Of a stretch of DNA of 64,000 nt, positions 13,901 through 28,900 are shown piece after piece. A model generated the notes under the pieces. The model was not told where the DNA came from, did no database searches, and saw only the letters and a list, made by a program, of their open reading frames with translations. The position numbers were made by a program, and so were the translations under genes. Location of the stretch: positions 867,073-931,072 of the forward strand of contig CAXKVF010000072.1 of NCBI GenBank assembly GCA_964057225.1, written 5' to 3'. The stretch's first letter is position 1, and every line of letters starts with the position of its first letter. This DNA comes from Auanema rhodensis (taxonomy: Eukaryota > Animalia > Nematoda).

Positions 13901-16900
13901 AAGCAATATCAATAAAAATTTGTTTTTAGACTAATATGGACATGGGGAATCTAATTTTGAAAACCGCATCTCTTTATCTTTCACGTGAAGCGAGTTACAT
14001 ACCAAGTGCACATCACGTGTACATTTAATTAGCATAAATTAAAGTTCACGTAAATTTCAAAGTCATGGTTACCATGAACCAATATCAATAAAAATTAGTT
14101 TTTAGACTAATATGGACATGGGGAATCTAATTTTGAAAACCGCATTTCTTTATCTTTCACGTGAAGCGAGTTACATACCAAGTGCACATCACGTGTACAT
14201 TTAATTAGCATAAATTAAAGTTCACGTAAAATTCAAAGTCATGGTTACCATGAACCAATATCAATAAAAATTTGTTTTTAGACTAATATGGACATGGGGA
14301 ATCTAATTTTGAAAACCGCATCTCTTTATCTTTCACGTGAAGCGAGTTACATACCAAGTGCACATCACGTGTACATTTAATTAGCATAAATTAAAGTTCA
14401 CGTAAATTTCAAAGTCATGGTTACCATGAAGCAATATCAATAAAAATTTGTTTTTAGACTAATATGGACATGGGGAATCTAATTTTGAAAACCGCATCTC
14501 TTTATCTTTCACGTGAAGCGAGTTACATACCAAGTGCACATCACGTGTACATTTAATTAGCATTAATTAAAGTTCACGTAAATTTCAAAGTCATGGTTAC
14601 CATGAACCAATATCAATAAAAATTTGTTTTTAGACTAATATGGACATGGGGAATCTAATTTTGAAAACCGCATCTCTTTATCTTTCACGTGAAGCGAGTT
14701 ACATACCAAGTGCACATCACGTGTACATTTAATTAGCATAAATTAAAGTTCACGTAAATTTCAAAGTCATGGTTACCATGAACCAATATCAATAAAAATT
14801 TGTTTTCAGACTAATATGGACATGGGGAATCTAATTTTGAAAACCGCATCTCTTTATCTTTCACGTGAAGCGAGTTACATACCAAGTGCACATCACGTGT
14901 ACATTTAATTAGCATAAATTAAAGTTCACGTAAATTTCAAAGTCATGGTTACCATGCACCAATATCAATAAAAATTTGTTTTTAGACTAATATGGACATG
15001 GGGAATCTAATTTTGAAAACCGCATCTCTTTATCTTTCACGTGAAGCGAGTTACATACCAAGTGCACATCACGTGTACATTTAATTAGCATAAATTAAAG
15101 TTCACGTAAATTTCAAAGTCATGGTTACCATGAACCAATATCAATAAAAATTTGTTTTTAGACTAATATGGACATGGGGAATCTAATTTTGAAAACCGCA
15201 TCTCTTCATCTTTCACGTGAAGCGAGCTACATACCAAGTGCACATCACGTGTACATTTAATTAGCATAAATTAAAGTTCACGTAAATTTCAAAGTCATGG
15301 TTACCATGAAGCAATATCAATAAAAATTTGTTTTTAGACTAATATGGACATGGGGAATCTAATTTTGAAAACCGCATCTCTTTATCTTTCACGTGAAGCG
15401 AGTTACATACCAAGTGCACATCACGTGTACATTTAATTAGCATAAATTAAAGTTCACGTAAATTTCAAAGTCATGGTTACCATGAACCAATATCAATAAA
15501 AATTAGTTTTTAGACTAATATGGACATGGGGAATCTAATTTTGAAAACCGCATCTCTTTATCTTTCACGTGAAGCGAGTTACATACCAAGTGCACATCAC
15601 GTGTACATTTAATTAGCATAAATTAAAGTTCACGTAAAATTCAAAGTCATGGTTACCATGAACCAATATTAATAAAAATTTAATTTTAGACTAATATGGA
15701 CATGGGGAATCTAATTTTGAAAACCGCATCTCTTTATCTTTCACGTGAAGCGAGTTACATACCAAGTGCACATCACGTGTACATTTAATTAGCATAAATT
15801 AAAGTTCACGTAAATTTCAAAGTCATGGTTACCATGAACCAATATCAATAAAAATTTGTTTTTAGACTAATATGGACATGGGGAATCTAATTTTGAAAAC
15901 CGCATTTCTTTATCTTTCACGTGAAGCGAGTTACATACCAAGTGCACATCACGTGTACATTTAATTAGCATAAATTAAAGTTCACGTAAAATTCAAAGTC
16001 ATGGTTACCATGAACCAATATCAATAAAAATTTGTTTTTAGACTAATATGGACATGGGGAATCTAATTTTGAAAACCGCATCTCTTTATCTTTCACGTGA
16101 AGCGAGCTACATACCAAGTGCACATCACGTGTACATTTAATTAGCATAAATTAAAGTTCACGTAAATTTCAAAGTCATGGTTACCATGAAGCAATATCAA
16201 TAAAAATTTGTTTTTAGACTAATATGGACATGGGGAATCTAATTTTCAAAACCGCATCTCTTTATCTTTCACGTGAAGCGAGTTACATACCAAGTGCACA
16301 TCACGTGTACATTTAATTAGCATAAATTAAAGTTCACGTAAATTTCAAAGTCATGGTTACCATGAACCAAAATCAATAAAAATTAGTTTTTAGACTAATA
16401 TGGACATGGGGAATCTAATTTTGAAAACCGCATTTCTTTATCTTTCACGTGAAGCGAGTTACATACCAAGTGCACATCACGTGTACATTTAATTAGCATA
16501 AATTAAAGTTCACGTAAAATTCAAAGTCATGGTTACCATGAACCAATATCAATAAAAATTTGTTTTTAGACTAATATGGACATGGGGAATCTAATTTTGA
16601 AAACCGCATCTCTTTATCTTTCACGTGAAGCGAGTTACATACCAAGTGCACATCACGTGTACATTTAATTAGCATAAATTAAAGTTCACGTAAATTTCAA
16701 AGTCATGGTTACCATGAAGCAATATCAATAAAAATTTGTTTTTAGACTAATATGGACATGGGGAATCTAATTTTGAAAACCGCATCTCTTTATCTTTCAC
16801 GTGAAGCGAGTTACATACCAAGTGCACATCACGTGTACATTTAATTAGCATTAATTAAAGTTCACGTAAATTTCAAAGTCATGGTTACCATGAACCAATA

Positions 16901-19900
16901 TCAATAAAAATTTGTTTTTAGACTAATATGGACATGGGGAATCTAATTTTGAAAACCGCATCTCTTTATCTTTCACGTGAAGCGAATTACATACCAAGTG
17001 CACATCACGTGTACATTTAATTAGCATAAATTAAAGTTCACGTAAATTTCAAAGTCATGGTTACCATGCACCAATATCAATAAAAATTTGTTTTTAGACT
17101 AATATGGACATGGGGAATCTAATTTTGAAAACCGCATCTCTTTATCTTTCACGTGAAGCGAGTTACATACCAAGTGCACATCACGTGTACATTTAATTAG
17201 CATAAATTAAAGTTCACGTAAATTTCAAAGTCATGGTTACCATGAACCAATATCAATAAAAATTTGTTTTTAGACTAATATGGACATGGGGAATCTAATT
17301 TTGAAAACCGCATCTCTTCATCTTTCACGTGAAGCGAGTTACATACCAAGTGCACATCACGTGTACATTTAATTAGCATAAATTAAAGTTCACGTAAATT
17401 TCAAAGTCATGGTTACCATGCACCAATATCAATAAAAATTTGTTTTTAGACTAATATGGACATGGGGAATCTAATTTTGAAAACCGCATCTCTTTATCTT
17501 TCACTTGAAGCGAGTTACATACCAAGTGCACATCACGTGTACATTTAATTAGCATAAATTAAAGTTCACGTAAATTTCAAAGTCATGGTTACCATGAACC
17601 AATATCAATAAAAATTTGTTTTTAGACTAATATGGACATGGGGAATCTAATTTTGAAAACCGCATCTCTTTATCTTTCACGTGAAGCGAGTTACATACCA
17701 AGTGCACATCACGTGTACATTTAATTAGCATAAATTAAAGTTCACGTAAATTTCAAAGTCATGGTTACCATGAACCAATATCAATAAAAATTTGTTTTTA
17801 GACTAATATGGACATGGGGAATCTAATTTTGAAAACCGCATCTCTTTATCTTTCACGTGAAGCGAGTTACATACCAAGTGCACATCACGTGTACATTTAA
17901 TTAGCATAAATTAAAGTTCACGTAAATTTCAAAGTCATGGTTACCATGCACCAATATCAATAAAAATTTGTTTTTAGACTAATATGGACATGGGGAATCT
18001 AATTTTGAAAACCGCATCTCTTTATCTTTCACGTGAAGCGAGTTACATACCAAGTGCACATCACGTGTACATTTAATCAGCATAAATTAAAGTTCACGTA
18101 AATTTCAAAGTCATGGTTACCATGCACCAATATCAAAAAAATTTGTTTTTAGACTAATATGGACATGGGGAATCTAATTTTGAAAACCGCATCTCTTTAT
18201 CTTTCACGTGAAGCGAGTTACATACCAAGTGCACATCACGTGTACATTTAATTAGCATAAATTAAAGTTCACGTAAATTTCAAAGTCATGGTTACCATGA
18301 ACCAATATCAATAAAAATTTGTTTTTAGACTAATATGGACATGGGGAATCTAATTTTGAAAACCGCATCTCTTTATCTTTCACGTGAAGCGAGTTACATA
18401 CCAAGTGCACATCACGTGTACATTTAATTAGCATAAATTAAAGTTCACGTAAATTTCAAAGTCATGGTTACCATGCACCAATATCAATAAAAATTTGTTT
18501 TTAGACTAATATGGACATGGGGAATCTAATTTTGAAAACCGCATCTCTTTATCTTTCACGTGAAGCGAGTTACATACCAAGTGCACATCACGTGTACATT
18601 TAATTAGCATAAATTAAAGTTCACGTAAATTTCAAAGTCATGGTTACCATGAACCAATATCAATAAAAATTTGTTTTTAGACTAATATGGACATGGGGAA
18701 TCTAATTTTGAAAACCGCATCTCTTTATCTTTCACGTGAAGCGAGTTACATACCAAGTGCACATCACGTGTACATTTAATTAGCATAAATTAAAGTTCAC
18801 GTAAATTTCAAAGTCATGGTTACCATGCACCAATATCAATAAAAATTTGTTTTTAGACTAATATGGACATGGGGAATCTAATTTTGAAAACCGCATCTCT
18901 TTATCTTTCACGTGAAGCGAGTTACATACCAAGTGCACATGACGTGTACATTTAATTAGCATTAATTAAAGTTCACGTAAATTTCAAAGTCATGGTTACC
19001 ATGAACCAATATCAATAAAAATTTGTTTTTAGACTAATATGGACATGGGGAATCTAATTTTGAAAACCGCATCTCTTTATCTTTCACGTGAAGCGAATTA
19101 CATACCAAGTGCACATCACGTGTACATTTAATTAGCATAAATTAAAGTTCACGTAAATTTCAAAGTCATGGTTACCATGCACCAATATCAATAAAAATTT
19201 GTTTTTAGACTAATATGGACATGGGGAATCTAATTTTGAAAACCGCATCTCTTTATCTTTCACGTGAAGCGAGTTACATACCAAGTGCACATCACGTGTA
19301 CATTTAATTAGCATAAATTAAAGTTCACGTAAATTTCAAAGTCATGGTTACCATGCACCAATATCAATAAAAATTTGTTTTTAGACTAATATGGACATGG
19401 GGAATCTAATTTTGAAAACCGCATCTCTTTATCTTTCACGTGAAGCGAGTTACATACCAAGTGCACATCACGTGTACATTTAATCAGCATAAATTAAAGT
19501 TCACGTAAATTTCAAAGTCATGGTTACCATGCACCAATATCAATAAAAATTTGTTTTTAGACTAATATGGACATGGGGAATCTAATTTTGAAAACCGCAT
19601 CTCTTTATCTTTCACGTGAAGCGAGTTACATACCAAGTGCACATCACGTGTACATTTAATTAGCATAAATTAAAGTTCACGTAAATTTCAAAGTCATGGT
19701 TACCATGAACCAATATCAATAAAAATTTGTTTTTAGACTAATATGGACATGGGGAATCTAATTTTGAAAACCGCATCTCTTTATCTTTCACGTGAAGCGA
19801 GTTACATACCAAGTGCACATCACGTGTACATTTAATTAGCATAAATTAAAGTTCACGTAAATTTCAAAGTCATGGTTACCATGCACCAATATCAATAAAA

Positions 19901-22900
19901 ATTTGTTTTTAGACTAATATGGACATGGGGAATCTAATTTTGAAAACCGCATCTCTTTATCTTTCACGTGAAGCGAGTTACATACCAAGTGCACATCACG
20001 TGTACATTTAATTAGCATAAATTAAAGTTCACGTAAATTTCAAAGTCATGGTTACCATGAACCAATATCAATAAAAATTTGTTTTTAGACTAATATGGAC
20101 ATGGGGAATCTAATTTTGAAAACCGCATCTCTTTATCTTTCACGTGAAGCGAGTTACATACCAAGTGCACATCACGTGTACATTTAATTAGCATAAATTA
20201 AAGTTCACGTAAATTTCAAAGTCATGGTTACCATGCACCAATATCAATAAAAATTTGTTTTTAGACTAATATGGACATGGGGAATCTAATTTTGAAAACC
20301 GCATCTCTTTATCTTTCACGTGAAGCGAGTTACATACCAAGTGCACATCACGTGTACATTTAATTAGCATTAATTAAAGTTCACGTAAATTTCAAAGTCA
20401 TGGTTACCATGAACCAATATCAATAAAAATTTGTTTTTAGACTAATATGGACATGGGGAATCTAATTTTGAAAACCGCATCTCTTTATCTTTCACGTGAA
20501 GCGAGTTACATACCAAGTGCACATCACGTGTACATTTAATTAGCATTAATTAAAGTTCACGTAAATTTCAAAGTCATGGTTACCATGAACCAATATCAAT
20601 AAAAATTTGTTTTTAGACTAATATGGACATGGGGAATCTAATTTTGAAAACCGCATCTCTTTATCTTTCACGTGAAGCGAGTTACATACCAAGTGCACAT
20701 CACGTGTACATTTAATTAGCATAAATTAAAGTTCACGTAAATTTCAAAGTCATGGTTACCATGAACCAATATCAATAAAAATTTGTTTTCAGACTAATAT
20801 GGACATGGGGAATCTAATTTTGAAAACCGCATCTCTTTATCTTTCACGTGAAGCGAGTTACATACCAAGTGCACATCACGTGTACATTTAATTAGCATAA
20901 ATTAAAGTTCACGTAAATTTCAAAGTCATGGTTACCATGCACCAATATCAATAAAAATTTGTTTTTAGACTAATATGGACATGGGGAATCTAATTTTGAA
21001 AACCGCATCTCTTTATCTTTCACGTGAAGCGAGTTACATACCAAGTGCACATCACGTGTACATTTAATTAGCATAAATTAAAGTTCACGTAAATTTCAAA
21101 GTCATGGTTACCATGAACCAATATCAATAAAAATTTGTTTTCAGACTAATATGGACATGGGGAATCTAATTTTGAAAACCGCATCTCTTTATCTTTCACG
21201 TGAAGCGAGTTACATACCAAGTGCACATCACGTGTACATTTAATTAGCATAAATTAAAGTTCACGTAAATTTCAAAGTCATGGTTACCATGCACCAATAT
21301 CAATAAAAATTTGTTTTTAGACTAATATGGACATGGGGAATCTAATTTTGAAAACCGCATCTCTTTATCTTTCACGTGAAGCGAGTTACATACCAAGTGC
21401 ACATCACGTGTACATTTAATTAGCATAAATTAAAGTTCACGTAAATTTCAAAGTCATGGTTACCATGAACCAATATCAATAAAAATTTGTTTTTAGACTA
21501 ATATGGACATGGGGAATCTAATTTTGAAAACCGCATCTCTTCATCTTTCACGTGAAGCGAGTTACATACCAAGTGCACATCACGTGTACATTTAATTAGC
21601 ATAAATTAAAGTTCACGTAAATTTCAAAGTCATGGTTACCATGCACCAATATCAATAAAAATTTGTTTTTAGACTAATATGGACATGGGGAATCTAATTT
21701 TGAAAACCGCATCTCTTTATCTTTCACTTGAAGCGAGTTACATACCAAGTGCACATCACGTGTACATTTAATTAGCATAAATTAAAGTTCACGTAAATTT
21801 CAAAGTCATGGTTACCATGAACCAATATCAATAAAAATTTGTTTTTAGACTAATATGGACATGGGGAATCTAATTTTGAAAACCGCATCTCTTTATCTTT
21901 CACGTGAAGCGAGTTACATACCAAGTGCACATCACGTGTACATTTAATTAGCTTAAATTAAAGTTCACGTAAATTTCAAAGTCATGGTTACCATGAACCA
22001 ATATCAATAAAAATTTGTTTTTAGACTAATATGGACATGGGAAATCTAATTTTGAAAACCGCATCTCTTTATCTTTCACGTGAAGCGAGTTACATACCAA
22101 GTGCACATCACGTGTACATTTAATTAGCATAAATTAAAGTTCACGTAAATTTCAAAGTCATGGTTACCATGCACCAATATCAATAAAAATTTGTTTTTAG
22201 ACTAATATGGACATGGGGAATCTAATTTTGAAAACCGCATCTCTTTATCTTTCACGTGAAGCGAGTTACATACCAAGTGCACATCACGTGTACATTTAAT
22301 TAGCATAAATTAAAGTTCACGTAAATTTCAAAGTCATGGTTACCATGCACCAATATCAATAAAAATTTGTTTTCAGACTAATATGGACATGGGGAATCTA
22401 ATTTTGAAAACCGCATCTCTTTATCTTTCACGTGAAGCGAGTTACATACCAAGTGCACATCACGTGTACATTTAATTAGCATAAATTAAAGTTCACGTAA
22501 ATTTCAAAGTCATGGTTACCATGCACCAATATCAATAAAAATTTGTTTTTAGACTAATATGGACATGGGGAATCTAATTTTGAAAACCGCATCTCTTTAT
22601 CTTTCACGTGAAGCGAGTTACATACCAAGTGCACATCACGTGTACATTTAATTAGCATAAATTAAAGTTCACGTAAATTTCAAAGTCATGGTTACCATGC
22701 ACCAATATCAATAAAAATTTGTTTTTAGACTAATATGGACATGGGGAATCTAATTTTGAAAACCGCATCTCTTTATCTTTCACGTGAAGCGAGTTACATA
22801 CCAAGTGCACATCACGTGTACATTTAATTAGCATAAATTAAAGTTCACGTAAATTTCAAAGTCATGGTTACCATGAACCAATATCAATAAAAATTTGTTT

Positions 22901-25900
22901 TTAGACTAATATGGACATGGGGAATCTAATTTTGAAAACCGCATCTCTTCATCTTTCACGTGAAGCGAGTTACATACCAAGTGCACATCACGTGTACATT
23001 TAATTAGCATAAATTAAAGTTCACGTAAATTTCAAAGTCATGGTTACCATGCACCAATATCAATAAAAATTTGTTTTTAGACTAATATGGACATGGGGAA
23101 TCTAATTTTGAAAACCGCATCTCTTTATCTTTCACTTGAAGCGAGTTACATACCAAGTGCACATCACGTGTACATTTAATTAGCATAAATTAAAGTTCAC
23201 GTAAATTTCAAAGTCATGGTTACCATGAACCAATATCAATAAAAATTTGTTTTTAGACTAATATGGACATGGGGAATCTAATTTTGAAAACCGCATCTCT
23301 TTATCTTTCACGTGAAGCGAGTTACATACCAAGTGCACATCACGTGTACATTTAATTAGCTTAAATTAAAGTTCACGTAAATTTCAAAGTCATGGTTACC
23401 ATGAACCAATATCAATAAAAATTTGTTTTTAGACTAATATGGACATGGGAAATCTAATTTTGAAAACCGCATCTCTTTATCTTTCACGTGAAGCGAGTTA
23501 CATACCAAGTGCACATCACGTGTACATTTAATTAGCATAAATTAAAGTTCACGTAAATTTCAAAGTCATGGTTACCATGCACCAATATCAATAAAAATTT
23601 GTTTTTAGACTAATATGGACATGGGGAATCTAATTTTGAAAACCGCATCTCTTTATCTTTCACGTGAAGCGAGTTACATACCAAGTGCACATCACGTGTA
23701 CATTTAATTAGCATAAATTAAAGTTCACGTAAATTTCAAAGTCATGGTTACCATGCACCAATATCAATAAAAATTTGTTTTTAGACTTATATGGACATGG
23801 GGAATCTAATTTTGAAAACCGCATCTCTTTATCTTTCACGTGAAGCGAGTTACATACCAAGTGCACATCACGTGTACATTTAATTAGCATAAATTAAAGT
23901 TCACGTAAATTTCAAAGTCATGGTTACCATGAACCAATATCAATAAAAATTTGTTTTTAGACTAATATGGACATGGGGAATCTAATTTTGAAAACCGCAT
24001 CTCTTTATCTTTCACGTGAAGCGAGTTACATACCAAGTGCACATCACGTGTACATTTAATTAGCATAAATTAAAGTTCACGTAAATTTCAAAGTCATGGT
24101 TACCATGCACCAATATCAATAAAAATTTGTTTTTAGACTAATATGGACATGGGGAATCTAATTTTGAAAACCGCATCTCTTTATCTTTCACGTGAAGCGA
24201 GTTACATACCAAGTGCACATCACGTGTACATTTAATTAGCATAAATTAAAGTTCACGTAAATTTCAAAGTCATGGTTACCATGAACCAATATCAATAAAA
24301 ATTTGTTTTTAGACTAATATGGACATGGGGAATCTAATTTTGAAAACCGCATCTCTTTATCTTTCACGTGAAGCGAGTTACATACCAAGTGCACATCACG
24401 TGTACATTTAATTAGCATAAATTAAAGTTCACGTAAATTTCAAAGTCATGGTTACCATGCACCAATATCAATAAAAATTTGTTTTTAGACTAATATGGAC
24501 ATGGGGAATCTAATTTTGAAAACCGCATCTCTTTATCTTTCACGTGAAGCGAGTTACATACCAAGTGCACATCACGTGTACATTTAATTAGCATAAATTA
24601 AAGTTCACGTAAATTTCAAAGTCATGGTTACCATGAACCAATATCAATAAAAATTTGTTTTTAGACTAATATGGACATGGGGAATCTAATTTTGAAAACC
24701 GCATCTCTTTATCTTTCACGTGAAGCGAGTTACATACCAAGTGCACATCACGTGTACATTTAATTAGCATAAATTAAAGTTCACGTAAATTTCAAAGTCA
24801 TGGTTACCATGCACCAATATCAATAAAAATTTGTTTTTAGACTAATATGGACATGGGGAATCTAATTTTGAAAACCGCATCTCTTTATCTTTCACGTGAA
24901 GCGAGTTACATACCAAGTGCACATCACGTGTACATTTAATTAGCATAAATTAAAGTTCACGTAAATTTCAAAGTCATGGTTACCATGCACCAATATCAAT
25001 AAAAATTTGTTTTTAGACTAATATGGACATGGGGAATCTAATTTTGAAAACCGCATCTCTTTATCTTTCACGTGAAGCGAGTTACATACCAAGTGCACAT
25101 CACGTGTACATTTAATTAGCATAAATTAAAGTTCACGTAAATTTCAAAGTCATGGTTACCATGAACCAATATCAATAAAAATTTGTTTTTAGACTAATAT
25201 GGACATGGGGAATCTAATTTTGAAAACAGCATCTCTTCATCTTTCACGTGAAGCGAGTTACATACCAAGTGCACATCACGTGTACATTTAATTAGCATAA
25301 ATTAAAGTTCACGTAAATTTCAAAGTCATGGTTACCATGCACCAATATCAATAAAAATTTGTTTTTAGACTAATATGGACATGGGGAATCTAATTTTGAA
25401 AACCGCATCTCTTTATCTTTCACGTGAAGCGAGTTACATACCAAGTGCACATCACGTGTACATTTAATTAGCATAAATTAAAGTTCACGTAAATTTCAAA
25501 GTCATGGTTACCATGCACCAATATCAATAAAAATTTGTTTTTAGACTAATATGGACATGGGGAATCTAATTTTGAAAACCACATCTCTTTATCTTTCACG
25601 TGAAGCGAGTTACATACCAAGTGCACATCACGTGTACATTTAATTAGCATAAATTAAAGTTCACGTAAATTTCAAAGTCATGGTTACCATGCACCAATAT
25701 CAATAAAAATTTGTTTTTAGACTAATATGGACATGGGGAATCTAATTTTGAAAACCACATCTCTTTATCTTTCACGTGAAGCGAGTTACATACCAAGTGC
25801 ACATCACGTGTACATTTAATTAGCATAAATTAAAGTTCACGTAAATTTCAAAGTCATGGTTACCATGAACCAATATCAATAAAAATTTGTTTTTAGACTA

Positions 25901-28900
25901 ATATGGACATGGGGAATCTAATTTTGAAAACCGCATCTCTTTATCTTTCACGTGAAGCGAGTTACATACCAAGTGCACATCACGTGTACATTTAATTAGC
26001 ATAAATTAAAGTTCACGTAAATTTCAAAGTCATGGTTACCATGAACCAATATCAATAAAAATTTGTTTTTAGACTAATATGGACATGGGGAATCTAATTT
26101 TGAAAACCGCATCTCTTTATCTTTCACGTGAAGCGAGTTACATACCAAGTGCACATCACGTGTACATTTAATTAGCATAAATTAAAGTTCACGTAAATTT
26201 CAAAGTCATGGTTACCATGCACCAATATCAATAAAAATTTGTTTTTAGACTAATATGGACATGGGGAATCTAATTTTGAAAACCGCATCTCTTTATCTTT
26301 CACGTGAAGCGAGTTACATACCAAGTGCACATCACGTGTACATTTAATTAGCATAATTAAAGTTCACGTAAATTTCAAAGTCATGGTTACCATGAACCAA
26401 TATCAATAAAAATTTGTTTTTAGACTAATATGGACATGGGGAATCTAATTTTGAAAACCGCATCTCTTTATCTTTCACGTGAAGCGAGTTACATACCAAG
26501 TGCACATCACGTGTACATTTAATTAGCATAAATTAAAGTTCACGTAAATTTCAAAGTCATGGTTACCATGCACCAATATCAATAAAAATTTGTTTTTAGA
26601 CTAATATGGACATGGGGAATCTAATTTTGAAAACCGCATCTCTTTATCTTTCACGTGAAGCGAGTTACATACCAAGTGCACATCACGTGTACATTTAATT
26701 AGCATAAATTAAAGTTCACGTAAATTTCAAAGTCATGGTTACCATGAACCAATATCAATAAAAATTTGTTTTCAGACTAATATGGACATGGGGAATCTAA
26801 TTTTGAAAACCGCATCTCTTTATCTTTCACGTGAAGCGAGTTACATACCAAGTGCACATCACGTGTACATTTAATTAGCATAAATTAAAGTTCACGTAAA
26901 TTTCAAAGTCATGGTTACCATGCACCAATATCAATAAAAATTTGTTTTTAGACTAATATGGACATGGGGAATCTAATTTTGAAAACCGCATCTCTTTATC
27001 TTTCACGTGAAGCGAGTTACATACCAAGTGCACATCACGTGTACATTTAATTAGCATAAATTAAAGTTCACGTAAATTTCAAAGTCATGGTTACCATGAA
27101 CCAATATCAATAAAAATTTGTTTTTAGACTAATATGGACATGGGGAATCTAATTTTGAAAACCGCATCTCTTTATCTTCACGTGAAGCGAGTTACATACC
27201 AAGTGCACATCACGTGTACATTTAATTAGCATAAATTAAAGTTCACGTAAATTTCAAAGTCATGGTTACCATGCACCAATATCAATAAAAATTTGTTTTT
27301 AGACTAATATGGACATGGGGAATCTAATTTTGAAAACCGCATCTCTTTATCTTTCACGTGAAGCGAGTTACATACCAAGTGCACATCACGTGTACATTTA
27401 ATTAGCATTAATTAAAGTTCACGTAAATTTCAAAGTCATGGTTACCATGAACCAATATCAATAAAAATTTGTTTTTAGACTAATATGGACATGGGGAATC
27501 TAATTTTGAAAACCGCATCTCTTTATCTTTCACGTGAAGCGAATTACATACCAAGTGCACATCACGTGTACATTTAATTAGCATAAATTAAAGTTCACGT
27601 AAATTTCAAAGTCATGGTTACCATGCACCAATATCAATAAAAATTTGTTTTTAGACTAATATGGACATGGGGAATCTAATTTTGAAAACCGCATCTCTTT
27701 ATCTTTCACGTGAAGCGAGTTACATACCAAGTGCACATCACGTGTACATTTAATTAGCATAAATTAAAGTTCACGTAAATTTCAAAGTCATGGTTACCAT
27801 GAACCAATATCAATAAAAATTTGTTTTCAGACTAATATGGACATGGGGAATCTAATTTTGAAAACCGCATCTCTTTATCTTTCACGTGAAGCGAGTTACA
27901 TACCAAGTGCACATCACGTGTACATTTAATTAGCATAAATTAAAGTTCACGTAAATTTCAAAGTCATGGTTACCATGCACCAATATCAATAAAAATTTGT
28001 TTTTAGACTAATATGGACATGGGGAATCTAATTTTGAAAACCGCATCTCTTTATCTTTCACGTGAAGCGAGTTACATACCAAGTGCACATCACGTGTACA
28101 TTTAATTAGCATAAATTAAAGTTCACGTAAATTTCAAAGTCATGGTTACCATGAACCAATATCAATAAAAATTTGTTTTTAGACTAATATGGACATGGGG
28201 AATCTAATTTTGAAAACCGCATCTCTTCATCTTTCACGTGAAGCGAGTTACATACCAAGTGCACATCACGTGTACATTTAATTAGCATAAATTAAAGTTC
28301 ACGTAAATTTCAAAGTCATGGTTACCATGCACCAATATCAATAAAAATTTGTTTTTAGACTAATATGGACATGGGGAATCTAATTTTGAAAACCGCATCT
28401 CTTTATCTTTCACTTGAAGCGAGTTACATACCAAGTGCACATCACGTGTACATTTAATTAGCATAAATTAAAGTTCACGTAAATTTCAAAGTCATGGTTA
28501 CCATGAACCAATATCAATAAAAATTTGTTTTTAGACTAATATGGACATGGGGAATCTAATTTTGAAAACCGCATCTCTTTATCTTTCACGTGAAGCGAGT
28601 TACATACCAAGTGCACATCACGTGTACATTTAATTAGCATAAATTAAAGTTCACGTAAATTTCAAAGTCATGGTTACCATGAACCAATATCAATAAAAAT
28701 TTGTTTTTAGACTAATATGGACATGGGAAATCTAATTTTGAAAACCGCATCTCTTTATCTTTCACGTGAAGCGAGTTACATACCAAGTGCACATCACGTG
28801 TACATTTAATTAGCATAAATTAAAGTTCACGTAAATTTCAAAGTCATGGTTACCATGCACCAATATCAATAAAAATTTGTTTTTAGACTAATATGGACAT

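Noticed and set aside
23708-23890. 60-aa minus-strand ORF MLIKCTRDVH...
   Set aside because: Satellite read-through: the consensus has a minus-strand TAG (plus-strand CTA in GACTAAT), and a single A->T at 23788 turns it into AAG. No protein family resemblance or gene context.
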